DNA of 64,000 bases, taken from the NCBI GenBank assembly GCA_965223545.1, contig OZ245006.1:7840001-7904000 (forward strand). Direction: 5' to 3'. Origin of the DNA: Planctomycetota bacterium. GTDB taxonomy: Bacteria; Planctomycetota; UBA1135; UBA2386. Made by a program: the position numbers and the translations under genes. The notes beneath the pieces are model-generated. The model ran no database searches and was not told the origin of the DNA. It worked only from the letters and a program-made list of their open reading frames with translations. Below, piece after piece: positions 9,846 to 18,894 of the stretch (its first letter is position 1; each line of letters begins with the position of its first letter).

Positions 9846-9873
9846 GCCGTCCCAGGGGCTGGACGACTTTTTT
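9846..9873 (+). terminator. Intrinsic terminator-like hairpin
   Basis: GCCGTCCCAG-GGG-CTGGACGAC followed by T6. Confidence 0.55.
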
Positions 9874-10044
9874 CACGAAATCCGCCGGGTCGGCAACCAG
9901 CCCGGCACCGCTCGACTCCTGGCCAGCACGACGGCGCGGAAGGTGCGCCAAAGCCGGTCAGAGTGGAGCACCTTGAACATGGCGCTGGCGCGCTGCTGCT
10001 CCGGCAGCAACGTCATGGGGCGCGCCAGCGCCGATCTTCCAGGA

Positions 10045-10177
10045 GCGGGGCACCACCCGGGCTACGGCCCGGCCCGCGAGGAACAAGTCGAAGCGGGTCA
10101 CCACCCGAGCCAAAAGCTCGGCCCGCTAGGAACAAGTCGCCGCGGGGCACTACCCAGGCTCGACCAGCCTGGCCCGC
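10045..10177 (+). ncRNA. Tandem array of three structured hairpin units (48-49 nt period); degenerate fourth unit at 10312-10359
   Basis: GCGGG-x-CAC(C/T)AC-[hairpin]-CCCGC units with GGAACAAGTC linkers; inner stems differ in sequence but stay paired. Confidence 0.65.
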
Positions 10178-10180
10178 ACC

Positions 10181-10238
10181 GTGTTCCGCTCTCCCCGATG
10201 CCTTCCGGTTTCGAGGAGAGCGGGGCGCGGGTCTTTTT
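10181..10238 (+). terminator. Terminator or attenuator directly after the hairpin array
   Basis: GTGTTCCGCTCTCC / GGAGAGCGGGGCGC stem with G-U pairs, then T5 at 10234-10238. Confidence 0.6.
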
Positions 10239-10452
10239 CAAGGCGGCGATGGCCGAGCCTCGCCCCTGTCGCTCACTCACTCTTCGCCGCTACCCACAGC
10301 TGACGTTAGTCGCGGGACTCACCACAAGTACACCGGCACCAGCCGCGGGGGAACAAGTCAGGCGAAGAGCAAGGTCGCGTCCAGGGGGTCATCGGCCCGG
10401 TCTGTCGACCGATCTCAACCTATACGCGGCCCCGTGGGAGGGGGCAAGGCGC

Positions 10453-10836
10453 ATGGAGAATTCCGACGTAGATCAGGTCGCCCGTATCGTCTCCTGGCAC
10501 TTCCGATTGCCGCTCGACGAGTTTCACGACCGCGAGGTCCGCACTCGCCAGGCGGTCGCGGCCCGCAGCGTGGCGATGGCTGTGCTGCACCGTTGCGATC
10601 CATGGGCGACGCAGCGTCGCATCGCGGAGGCGATGGGCTGCACCCACCAGACCGTTGGGAACGGCATGGCCCGTGCGCGCGGGACGTACGAGATCCAGCT
10701 CGAGCGTTGCGCGGAGGAGTTCGAGGCATGGCTCGAGCTGCGGGAACAGCGACGGGCTGAACAGCGGGCGGCGGAGCCGGTGGCTGAGGCTGGCGGTGAC
10801 GAGTTCGAGGCTGCGGAGCGGGAGGTCGAGGCGTGA
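10453..10836 (+). CDS. HTH protein resembling the DnaA C-terminal domain
   Basis: VARIVSWHF..R..AARSVAMAVL..IAEAMGCTHQTV pattern; ATG at 10453. Confidence 0.7.
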   Translation: MENSDVDQVARIVSWHFRLPLDEFHDREVRTRQAVAARSVAMAVLHRCDPWATQRRIAEAMGCTHQTVGNGMARARGTYEIQLERCAEEFEAWLELREQRRAEQRAAEPVAEAGGDEFEAAEREVEA

Positions 10837-11036
10837 TTCCGATCGACGAGATCGAGTCGTCGCATGGAAAGCATGCGACACGTGAGAAAGGCGTCTGCCT
10901 CATGGAGGCTGTGGCCTGGTGGCAGGGCGAAGAGCACTCGGACATGCCGGAGTGTGTGTGCTCAGTGATCTTCTTCGCCTCCAACGAGGGTGCGATGGCG
11001 GACTTGGAAGCGTGTGCGGCGGAGGCGGGGGCTTAG
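10833..11036 (+). CDS. Small Cys/His phage protein, possibly truncated
   Basis: GKH..GVCLMEAVAW..GEEHSDMPECVC; GTGA coupling. Confidence 0.5.
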   Translation: MIPIDEIESSHGKHATREKGVCLMEAVAWWQGEEHSDMPECVCSVIFFASNEGAMADLEACAAEAGA

Positions 11037-11040
11037 GGCT

Positions 11041-11487
11041 ATGATGTCAACGCTGAGCAAGTGCCGTTTCTGCCGCAACGGGAAAGTCCTGTTGACGAGG
11101 ACAGATCGCGGGTGGCGACACGTGACCGCTGATGGTCGGCATTGCCGCTGCACTGACCTCAGTCGGGCTACACGGAGCTTGGTGTGGTCCCGCGGGCACA
11201 GGCATCTGGACCGTTGGGGGTGGAACAGCGGGGTTCCGCTGTATTTCATTGAGCTGCTCACCCCCTCGCGAGACGACACGGACCGTCGCGAGTTGTCGAT
11301 CGAATGGGCAGCCCACTGGAGTAAGGTGGTCGGTAGGTTTACGCCAACGCTGCGGGCGAAAGATCTTTGCGAACTGCAGGAGGAGTGTCGGCGGGACTGG
11401 TGTCAATTATCCACCCTGCAGCGAGAGGACATCCTTGCGTCTGAGCGTCGAGCGATGTGGGAACAGAATGCATTGAGGGGCGCTTAG
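11041..11487 (+). CDS. Phage hypothetical protein with CxxC...CxC
   Basis: CRFC..CRC; fills the gap between early genes. Confidence 0.5.
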   Translation: MMSTLSKCRFCRNGKVLLTRTDRGWRHVTADGRHCRCTDLSRATRSLVWSRGHRHLDRWGWNSGVPLYFIELLTPSRDDTDRRELSIEWAAHWSKVVGRFTPTLRAKDLCELQEECRRDWCQLSTLQREDILASERRAMWEQNALRGA

Positions 11488-11491
11488 GGCT

Positions 11492-11776
11492 GTGGCAACC
11501 CACCGACAGCCGCGGCCGATCATGCGGACCGCCGAGATTGCGAGGGACTACGGGATCACCGTCTCCGACATTCGGGCCATGGAGCGCATGGGGCAGTTCG
11601 TTGCGATCCAGTGGACAAGCCAGCGTGCCGGCTTTGTCTGCCGTGCTGACTTCTTGCGGTGGTGGGACACGCGTGACGAACGCTGTCGCCAACGCATCGA
11701 ATCCGAGCGCCGCCGCGAGCAGGCGATCACCCACCCAGGGACGACCGCTTATGACTTTCTCTCTTCCTCCAAGTGA
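11492..11776 (+). CDS. Excisionase-like HTH protein
   Basis: MRTAEIARDYGITVSDIRAM; convergent with and overlapping the integrase. Confidence 0.6.
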   Translation: MATHRQPRPIMRTAEIARDYGITVSDIRAMERMGQFVAIQWTSQRAGFVCRADFLRWWDTRDERCRQRIESERRREQAITHPGTTAYDFLSSSK

Positions 11777-12806
11777 TCGGCTGGATCGCGCGCCGAGCGT
11801 CGCGTCCGACGATACGCGCGTAGTGGCGAGCCATCGAGAGACTGCGGTGTCCGAGCATCTCAGCGATCTGGAACTCGGAGGCTCCGCTCATGGCCATGAT
11901 CGTTCCGAGTGTGTGGCGCAACGCGTGGCAATGCAGTCGTGGCTCACCCAGGCGTTTGCTCCAACGTTTCATCATCGAGAGCAACCCGGAGTAGGAGAGT
12001 GGAAGGAGCGATGCTTGCGGAGTCGCTGGTCCGCGCAGCGCGAGCAGCTCCCGGAACGCGGTTCGCGCATCCTCGTGCAGCGGCACGGTACGCGGTCCTC
12101 GCTTGCCGTGCGGCACCTCAAGCACTCCGCGACGCAGCTGCAGGTGCTCGAGGCGGGCATCCGCGGCCTCGCGCAGGCGGAGCCCGGTCATCAGAAGCAA
12201 CTCGATGATGAGTGCATCACGATCGGAGTTGATGCGCGCGTCACCCTCCCAGCGGCGAATCGCTCGAAGGCCGAGTCGGACCTCGGTGGGGCCGAACCAG
12301 TCGATCTTCGGGGGAGGAGCATCGGGCAAGAACGCGAGGACGCGCTTCAGAGGACTCGGCACACCAGCGACGACGAAACACCGGCCAAGCGCTCGGAGGT
12401 CGGCTCGCACGGTCGACCAGGAGACGGTCTGCGCGCGACGTCTCGCGAACGACTCGATGGCCTCAGGCGTCAGTTGGTAGAGCGCGGGGTTCTCAGGGAA
12501 CTCGCGGGCGAGGAGTTGGAATCGTTCGACGTACCACTGGTGCGTGCGCGGCTTGCGTTCTTTGCGCTCGCAGAGTTCGAGGGCGAGACGCATCGCGCCG
12601 GCGAGCGACATGGGGTCCGGAGGGATGACCCTCTCGCGATGTCGCATTCGCTCGAGGTCGGCGAGCGCTTCGGCTACCGTTGCCCTCGCTGGGCTTGGCA
12701 GCTGTCGACCGTGCTCGAAGACTCGGGCCTTGTAGACGAAGCCGTTCTTGCGGGTGCGAACCTGGATTCCGGCGGGGACTCTCGGCAGCTTCCGACGCGT
12801 GGCCAT
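11727..12806 (-). CDS. int: Tyrosine recombinase/integrase
   Basis: TGLRLRE, HGK, HALRH, LGH and ARHY catalytic motifs; adjacent to the tRNA fragment. Confidence 0.95.
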   Translation of the reverse strand: MATRRKLPRVPAGIQVRTRKNGFVYKARVFEHGRQLPSPARATVAEALADLERMRHRERVIPPDPMSLAGAMRLALELCERKERKPRTHQWYVERFQLLAREFPENPALYQLTPEAIESFARRRAQTVSWSTVRADLRALGRCFVVAGVPSPLKRVLAFLPDAPPPKIDWFGPTEVRLGLRAIRRWEGDARINSDRDALIIELLLMTGLRLREAADARLEHLQLRRGVLEVPHGKRGPRTVPLHEDARTAFRELLALRGPATPQASLLPLSYSGLLSMMKRWSKRLGEPRLHCHALRHTLGTIMAMSGASEFQIAEMLGHRSLSMARHYARIVGRDARRAIQPITWRKRESHKRSSLGG

Positions 12807-12896
12807 GCTCCATTTGTACCGCGCATCTGTACCGCGGCAAGGCGGGATAGCCGTGGACGGGCGCGAGAAGGCGTCTCCGGTCAATACGGCCGACAG

Positions 12897-12941
12897 CTGT
12901 TAATCAGTGGGTCGCAAGTTCGAGTCTTGCTCGGGGAGCCA
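12897..12941 (+). other. attR core: 3' half of tRNA-Asn(GTT)
   Basis: CTGTTAA anticodon loop, GCAAG-TTCGAGT-CTTGC T-arm and TCGGGGAGCCA end; the 5' half is absent. Confidence 0.88.
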
Positions 12942-13005
12942 TTGACGCAAGGAGCCCGGCCTTTGGCCGGGCTCCTTGCGTTAATGGCTCCCCGAGCAAG
13001 ACTCG
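12921..13005. repeat. 41-bp inverted repeat (1 mismatch, TTT loop) including the tRNA 3' end
   Basis: 12921-12961 is complementary to 12965-13005. Confidence 0.95.
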
Positions 13006-13133
13006 GTCCCGCGTTCGTCGTGGCTGGCGCCACTCCGGCCGCGGGATCGAGTCTTTGGGGTTGCGCCGGCTTCGGGACGACGGGAATCGTTCGGCGAGGC
13101 CGGCCTGGGTGGTCGAGGCCGGTACCTGTTGTC

Positions 13134-14993
13134 TCACCACAGCCCCGTCGCCAGTGGGATCCCGAGCGAGGCCACCAGCCAGACGACCAGCGACAACGGG
13201 AGGCCCAGCTTGACGAAGTCCAGGTAGCGGTAGCCGCCGGGACCGCAGACCATCAGATTGACCTGGTGCGCGATCGGGGAGGCGAAGCACATCGAGCCGC
13301 CGTAGCAGACCGCCAAGAGCATGGCGCGCAGCAGGGCTTGGGCTTCGGCGGAGTCGGCGGCGACGCCGCGCGCGGCGGCGAGCTGGGTCGCGGCGGCGAG
13401 CGCGATCGGCGTGAACAGGACTGCCACCGCGCTGTGCGCCACCAGGAAGTTGAACAGTAACCCGAGCAGGACGAAGCCGCTGGCTACCGCGGCGGCTCCC
13501 CAGGGCGAGAGTAGGATCACCAGGTAGTCCGCGCACCAGGCGGCGACGCCGGTTTCCCGCATCGCCTCGCCGAGTGCGAGGGTTCCCGCCAGGAAGACCA
13601 GGATCGACCAGTCGATGGCGCCAAATGCGTGGCGCGTGCTCACCACGCCGGTTGCGACCATCGCCAGCGCCCCGGCGAGGGCGACCGAGCTCGCCGGCAT
13701 CGCCTTCCAGTGGAAGATGGATTGGGCCGACAGGAGCGCGATCACTGCAATTGCGATCAACAGAGCGATGGCCGTGTGGCCGCGGAGTCGCGCGGGCTTC
13801 GGCTCGCCGGCGAGGGCGAAGAAGTCCTGGCTGCCGCGCAGCCGGGCGCGGGATGCCTCGTCGCCGCTCACCAGCAGGACGTCGCCGGGCTGCAGAGCTT
13901 GTTGCCCCACCCGTTCGTGGATGTGGCGGCCGGCGCGCAGCACCGCCATCGGGGTGACGCCGAACCGGGAGTGCATGCCGAGCTCGGTGATCCGCTGTCC
14001 CGCGAGCGTGGAGCGCGGTGCCAGGGCGACCTCGAACAGCTCCACCGTGCGCGGGTCGACCTTCAAGCCGTGCAGCCAATCGAGTCCCGCCGTCCCCGTG
14101 AGAGTGCTGAAGGCTTCGAGCGTGCCGCTGACGACGATCACGTCGCCCGGTTGCACGATTGCGTCGCCGAACGGCTTCTGCTGCATCACCTCGTCCCGGA
14201 TGTAGCACAGCGCCGATGCGCCGCCCTCCGTCAACGGCAGCTCGTAGCGCCGGCCGAGGAGTGCGCTGTCGGCACCGACGCTCAGCTCGGTGACGAAGTC
14301 GCGCTGCGGGCTCTTCTCGATCAGCACGGTCAAGCTCTGCCGGTTCGGCAGGGCGCGGCGCGACACCAGGGCGAGGAAAGCGATCCCGGCCAGGGCCATC
14401 GGCACACCGACCGGTGTCACGCTGAACATCGTCAGCGGCGGGGCGCCCAGCTGTTCGGCGAGGCCGCTGACGATCAGGTTGGTCGACGTGCCGACCAGCG
14501 TGCAGATGCCGCCGAGGAGCGCGGCGAACGACATCGGCATCAGCAATCTCGAGGCCGGGATCCCGCTCTTGGCCGACAGCTTGAGCAGCACGGGGATCAT
14601 CACCACGACCACCGCCGTGTCGTTGAGGAACGCGGACATGGCGGCCGCCATCAGGCACAGCACCAGCACCAGGCGCCACTCCTGGCCGGCACTCAAGCGG
14701 GCCAGCAGCCGGCCGAACAGCTCCATTGCCCCGGTGCGCGTCAGTCCCTCTCCGATGACGTAGAGGCCGGCGATCGTCAGCACCGCCTTGTTGGCGAAGC
14801 CTGCCGCCGCGGTGCCGGTATCGATGACTCCCAGCAGGGGCAGCGCGACGACCAGCATGAGGCCGAGCGCGGCGAACGATGCCAGCTCGGTCACCAGCAG
14901 CACCAGAAAGACCGCGGTGGCGGCGAGTACCAAGAAGCCGTCGGAACCGAGCTCCGCGGCCGCGATCGTGGACAGCGCCATCCGGTCGGTCAT
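13134..14993 (-). CDS. SLC13/CitMHS-type permease with TrkA-C domains
   Basis: SAFLNDTA, GGICTLVGTSTNL and PIAHQVNLMV..PGGYRYLDF motifs; multiple TM helices. Confidence 0.92.
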   Translation of the reverse strand: MTDRMALSTIAAAELGSDGFLVLAATAVFLVLLVTELASFAALGLMLVVALPLLGVIDTGTAAAGFANKAVLTIAGLYVIGEGLTRTGAMELFGRLLARLSAGQEWRLVLVLCLMAAAMSAFLNDTAVVVVMIPVLLKLSAKSGIPASRLLMPMSFAALLGGICTLVGTSTNLIVSGLAEQLGAPPLTMFSVTPVGVPMALAGIAFLALVSRRALPNRQSLTVLIEKSPQRDFVTELSVGADSALLGRRYELPLTEGGASALCYIRDEVMQQKPFGDAIVQPGDVIVVSGTLEAFSTLTGTAGLDWLHGLKVDPRTVELFEVALAPRSTLAGQRITELGMHSRFGVTPMAVLRAGRHIHERVGQQALQPGDVLLVSGDEASRARLRGSQDFFALAGEPKPARLRGHTAIALLIAIAVIALLSAQSIFHWKAMPASSVALAGALAMVATGVVSTRHAFGAIDWSILVFLAGTLALGEAMRETGVAAWCADYLVILLSPWGAAAVASGFVLLGLLFNFLVAHSAVAVLFTPIALAAATQLAAARGVAADSAEAQALLRAMLLAVCYGGSMCFASPIAHQVNLMVCGPGGYRYLDFVKLGLPLSLVVWLVASLGIPLATGLW

Positions 14994-15098
14994 TGGAGCC
15001 GGACCGTTCGCGCGAGGCTCGGCCTTTCGACCGCCGGATTCCAGAAAACACCGGCCCGGGGATTGCCGCGGGAATCGAAGAACGCCGCCGCGACGTTG

Positions 15099-16562
15099 TC
15101 ATCGATCGGGGCGAAGCTCGACGAGGTGGGCGAGGCGAAACCTGCCTTCCGCTTCCGCGTAGGCGATGCCGGTCAGGGTGTCCCCGGTCAGCCGGAGGTC
15201 GAATCTCCAGGTCGGCACCGCGCGGAACTGTGTTCCGGGGAGGTGGTGGTCGGGGGCGAACGATGCTCGGAACGTAGAAGAACGGATCCTGGACTCCGTG
15301 GATGGAACGGTTTCGCCGCCGACGGACAGGATCGCGTGCCCCTCGCCGATCTGAAGTCCCACCTCCAGGGTGTCGCGTGGCAGCTGCACGGTCCCTTCGA
15401 AAGCACCCTCGATCGGTGGAGCGTCGTCGACACCGTAGCCGACCGCCATGTTTGCATCGGCCATCTCGAGTCCCATGTCGACGATCAATTGCGACTCGGC
15501 GTCGAGCAAGACCGATTCCGGGCCGTTCGTGAGCAGGACGTAGCCATCATCCTGGCGGGGATACCCGCGGATGCGACCACCCGCGGTCGATGCCGATCCC
15601 GTGAAGAAGAAGTACTCCGGCTCGGGCCAGGGACGCCAGCCGATGTGTTGCTCCGAGTCGACGCGGCCAAGCAAATGGTCCTTGCGACGAAGCTCGGTGC
15701 GCATGCGGCGCATCTGCCGAACCCGCATGATGCGCTTGCCGTCGAATCCCCCGCCCTGGAGATACAGGAGGACAAAGTGTGCCAGATCGGAAGCCGAGCT
15801 CCAGAGGCCGTTGGCGGCTGGATTGTCGCTGGCGAGCGGGGCGACCGGTGCGAGCGAGCCAGTCGTGTCCTTCCGATAGATGGTGGCCACGTCTGCGGTG
15901 CTGGCCAGCGGTCCGGTGGCGTGCATTCGCAGCTGGGAGAACAGATCTTGCCGCAAGAACCGATCCCAGGGTTGGTCGGTCGCTGCTTCGATCACGCGTG
16001 CCAGCGCGACATAGCCCACGTTGTGGGTGACGCGGAGGTTCCTGAAGCCTGCGGTGATTCCGTAGTCTCGCAGCGTCTGCTCCAGGCTGGGCACCATCTC
16101 CTCGGCCTCGAAGGCGTTCCAGTGCCCGGGCAGGCCGGCACCGTGCTGCATCACCGCTTCGACCGTGAGCGTGTCCGGGTCGCCCGAGGGAAACCGCAGC
16201 TTCGCGCCGGGGAGATAGTCGTTGACCGGCTTGTCGAGGTCGATGACCTCGCGGTCGGCCAAGAGCATCAACCCGGTCGCCGTCAGCACCTCCGAGATCC
16301 GTCCGACCGGGTAGACCGTGTCGGGTGTGGCCGGGCGCTGCGTCGCGAGGTCGGCGAAGCCGAATCCCTCGGCCCAGACGATTTCGCCCGCGCGCAGTAC
16401 GACGACCGAGGCTCCCGGGAGCTCCCCGTCGCCGACGGCCCGCTGGAGCAAGCGGCGGGTCTCTTCGAACTCGGCGGGCGGGGCGATCGTCTGCGCGGCA
16501 AGCCCCGCGGCCAAGAGCAGGGCGGAGAACGAGCAGACTGTTTCCCGGCATTGACTCGTCAT
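15099..16562 (-). CDS. Secreted beta-lactamase-fold protein, catalytic motif altered (copy A)
   Basis: PGASVVV, GFGFAD, GLWSSASDLA; GRISE in place of SxxK. Confidence 0.85.
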   Translation of the reverse strand: MTSQCRETVCSFSALLLAAGLAAQTIAPPAEFEETRRLLQRAVGDGELPGASVVVLRAGEIVWAEGFGFADLATQRPATPDTVYPVGRISEVLTATGLMLLADREVIDLDKPVNDYLPGAKLRFPSGDPDTLTVEAVMQHGAGLPGHWNAFEAEEMVPSLEQTLRDYGITAGFRNLRVTHNVGYVALARVIEAATDQPWDRFLRQDLFSQLRMHATGPLASTADVATIYRKDTTGSLAPVAPLASDNPAANGLWSSASDLAHFVLLYLQGGGFDGKRIMRVRQMRRMRTELRRKDHLLGRVDSEQHIGWRPWPEPEYFFFTGSASTAGGRIRGYPRQDDGYVLLTNGPESVLLDAESQLIVDMGLEMADANMAVGYGVDDAPPIEGAFEGTVQLPRDTLEVGLQIGEGHAILSVGGETVPSTESRIRSSTFRASFAPDHHLPGTQFRAVPTWRFDLRLTGDTLTGIAYAEAEGRFRLAHLVELRPDR

Positions 16563-16600
16563 TGCTTCAGTCTACGGCGAAGGTCGCTTGGCCACCGCGG

Positions 16601-18811
16601 TCAGTACGCAACCGTCACCGCGAGCCCCCCCGACAGCGCCAGCCCCGGCGCCGAAGCCGCGGGATCCGCCGCGGCCGCCTGGCAGTAGAGCACTGCACCG
16701 GCCAGGGTTGCCGTCGCGGGAAGGGGCAGGGAGAACGACGCGATGCCCGCGTTGTTCGTGCTGAGGTTGCTCAGCAACGCGGTGCTCGGGTCGACGAGCA
16801 CCGTGCAGCCACCGCCGATGGCGATGCTTGCCTGGCGAGGCGCCAGCAGCAGCGCCGCGGTTGCGAGGGCAGGGGCGTCGGAGAGCTCGATCGCGAATCC
16901 CTGTCGCCCGAGCAGCGGCGTGCCGAAGGCGCTCAGCGTTGGCGGGTTGCCGGTGGTGGCGCAGCCCTGGCCGTAGGGCGCCGCCCCGGGAAGGGCTGGA
17001 CTGCCGTAGAGCCACGTCGATCGTCCCAGCAGCATGACCGCGCGCTGGCGAAATGCGTCGTACGCCATCAGCCCCGTTGCGGGGGGAAAGCCGGTGCTCG
17101 ATTGCTGGGTCCAGTCGGTGCCGTCCCACTCCCAGATGTCGGCCAGCGGAAACAGCCCGAGTCCGCCGAACACCACGACCCGGCCGCGCGCGGCGTCGTA
17201 CAGCATGCCGTGTCCCGACCGCGCCGGCGGACTCGTCTTGGGGTTGAGTTGGATCCAGCGCGTGCCGTCCCATTCCCACGTGTCGCCGAACGCGCGCGTG
17301 CCGCTGTAGCCGCCGAACAACACGATGCGCTGGCGCCGGGGGTCGTAGGCCATGGCCAAATCGAAGCGCGCGGCGGGGCTCGTGGCCGGCACCCGGACCG
17401 ACCAGTCGGTGCCGTCCCACAGCCAGGTGTCCGCCAACGCGGCTCCGCGGATGCCGCCGAACAGCAGCGTGCGCCGCCGCGCCGCGTCGTACGCCATCGC
17501 CGGCTGTACTCTCGCCGGCGGCGTCACCGCGGGGGCAGTCTCGTGCCACTGCGTGCCGTCCCACTCCCAGGTGTCGTCGCGGGTGGTCTGGCCAAACCCG
17601 CCGAAGACCACGGTGCGGCCGCGGTCGCTGTCGTGCGCCATCCCGTGATTCTCGCGAGCCGGAGCGCTCCTCGCCGGGGAGCGCCGCATCCACGAGGTGC
17701 CGTCCCATTCCCAGGTCTCGGGCGCCGCGTTGCGCCCGGCCTGCTTGCCGAACAAGACGGTGCGCTGGCGCGCGTCGTCCTGCGACAGCGCAGCGAACTG
17801 CAAGAACGGCGGTGCCGGAGTCGGTTGTAGAACCCATCCCGTGCCGTCCCACAGCCACGTGTCGCTGCTCCACCGCGTCCCGTCGAAGCCGCCGAACAAC
17901 ACGACGCGTTGTCGCGTCGCGTCGTATGCCAGCGTCTGGCGAGACCGGGCCGAGGGCGTCGCCGCCGCCGGTAGCAGCTGCCATTCGGTGCCGTCCCACA
18001 GCCAGGTCTCGGCCGACGCCGCGCCGTTGTCGGTGCCGCCGAACAGCAGCGTGCGTTGTCGCGTGGAGTCGTAGGCCATCGCGTGCTCGGCGCGGGGCGC
18101 GGGGCGGGTCGCGGGCGAGCGCACCGCCCACGCGGTGCCGTCCCACAGCCACGTATCGTTCAGCGTGCCGATATCGCTGTCGCCGCCGAACAGCAGCACG
18201 CACTGCCGCGCGGCGTCGTAGACCATGGCGTGGCGGTCACGTGGCATCGGGCTTTCACTCGTGCTCCGCTCGGTCCAATCGCTGCCGTCCCATTCCCAGG
18301 TGTCGGCAAACTTCTGCGATGCATCGGCGCCGCCGAACAGCACGACGCGGTTGCGCTCGGCATCGTACGCCATTGCGTGGCCCGCGCGCGCGGGAGGCAC
18401 ACGGACCGGCGAGCGTTGGGCCCACGCCACTCCGTCCCATTCCCAGGTCTCCGCCAGCGGGGATTGGCCAGCATCGCGCCCGCCAAACAACACCAAGCGT
18501 GCGCGGGCAGCGTCGTAGGCCGTGGCGTGCCCCATCCGGGCGGTCGGGCCTGCCGGCGTCGACCGGGCAGTCCATTCGCTGCCGTCCCATTCCCAGGTCT
18601 CCGCGCGCGTGTTGCCGTAGTCGCCGCCGACCAGCACGACACGGCGCCTGGCCTCGTCGTAGATCATGGCGTGTTGGTCGAACGCGTCGGGACTGGCCTG
18701 TCGCTCGACCCAGTGGCGCGGTTGCGACCGAGCGGCCGTGGCGGCAATCCCGAAGAAGATCAGGACGCGCGTGAGCTGCGCGAGGCGGGGTGCGGACCGT
18801 CGGGGACTCAT
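16601..18811 (-). CDS. Secreted Kelch-like propeller protein with C-terminal domain
   Basis: 11 WxWDG repeats with YD..R..LFGG; signal peptide; ATG at 18811. Confidence 0.9.
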   Translation of the reverse strand: MSPRRSAPRLAQLTRVLIFFGIAATAARSQPRHWVERQASPDAFDQHAMIYDEARRRVVLVGGDYGNTRAETWEWDGSEWTARSTPAGPTARMGHATAYDAARARLVLFGGRDAGQSPLAETWEWDGVAWAQRSPVRVPPARAGHAMAYDAERNRVVLFGGADASQKFADTWEWDGSDWTERSTSESPMPRDRHAMVYDAARQCVLLFGGDSDIGTLNDTWLWDGTAWAVRSPATRPAPRAEHAMAYDSTRQRTLLFGGTDNGAASAETWLWDGTEWQLLPAAATPSARSRQTLAYDATRQRVVLFGGFDGTRWSSDTWLWDGTGWVLQPTPAPPFLQFAALSQDDARQRTVLFGKQAGRNAAPETWEWDGTSWMRRSPARSAPARENHGMAHDSDRGRTVVFGGFGQTTRDDTWEWDGTQWHETAPAVTPPARVQPAMAYDAARRRTLLFGGIRGAALADTWLWDGTDWSVRVPATSPAARFDLAMAYDPRRQRIVLFGGYSGTRAFGDTWEWDGTRWIQLNPKTSPPARSGHGMLYDAARGRVVVFGGLGLFPLADIWEWDGTDWTQQSSTGFPPATGLMAYDAFRQRAVMLLGRSTWLYGSPALPGAAPYGQGCATTGNPPTLSAFGTPLLGRQGFAIELSDAPALATAALLLAPRQASIAIGGGCTVLVDPSTALLSNLSTNNAGIASFSLPLPATATLAGAVLYCQAAAADPAASAPGLALSGGLAVTVAY

Positions 18812-18894
18812 CGTGTCACCTCTCGTCGTGGCGTGGATCGTCGGCGCGATTCTCCGGATTGTAGCGCGCCAGCGGTTGCGGGGAGGGCTACGCC

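Larger units (their letters stand above)
1..12941. mobile_element. Right arm of a prophage integrated at tRNA-Asn (left end outside window)
   Basis: Coupled virion- and holin-like genes, XRE repressor, Xis-like HTH and a tyrosine integrase, ending at a 3' tRNA fragment; host-type genes resume at 13134. Confidence 0.88.

Noticed and set aside
10045..10177. CRISPR mini-array interpretation of the hairpin repeats
   Set aside because: The variable parts are only ~15-19 nt and self-complementary rather than spacer-like; no cas genes are present
9307..10836. 509-aa ORF (and the overlapping 380-aa ORF) as one gene
   Set aside because: It runs through a promoter, two terminators and out-of-frame repeats; only 10453-10836 looks protein-like
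12860..12941. Complete tRNA-Asn gene
   Set aside because: No 5' acceptor strand or D-arm, and the anticodon stem is unpaired; it is an att fragment
13629..16688. Long ORFs such as 13629-16688, 11457-13460 and 41768-45607
   Set aside because: Antisense shadows of well-supported genes in high-GC DNA, with no motifs
17100..18620. Regular CCGTCCCA DNA repeats as a CRISPR or ncRNA array
   Set aside because: They are the WDG codons of Kelch-like repeats
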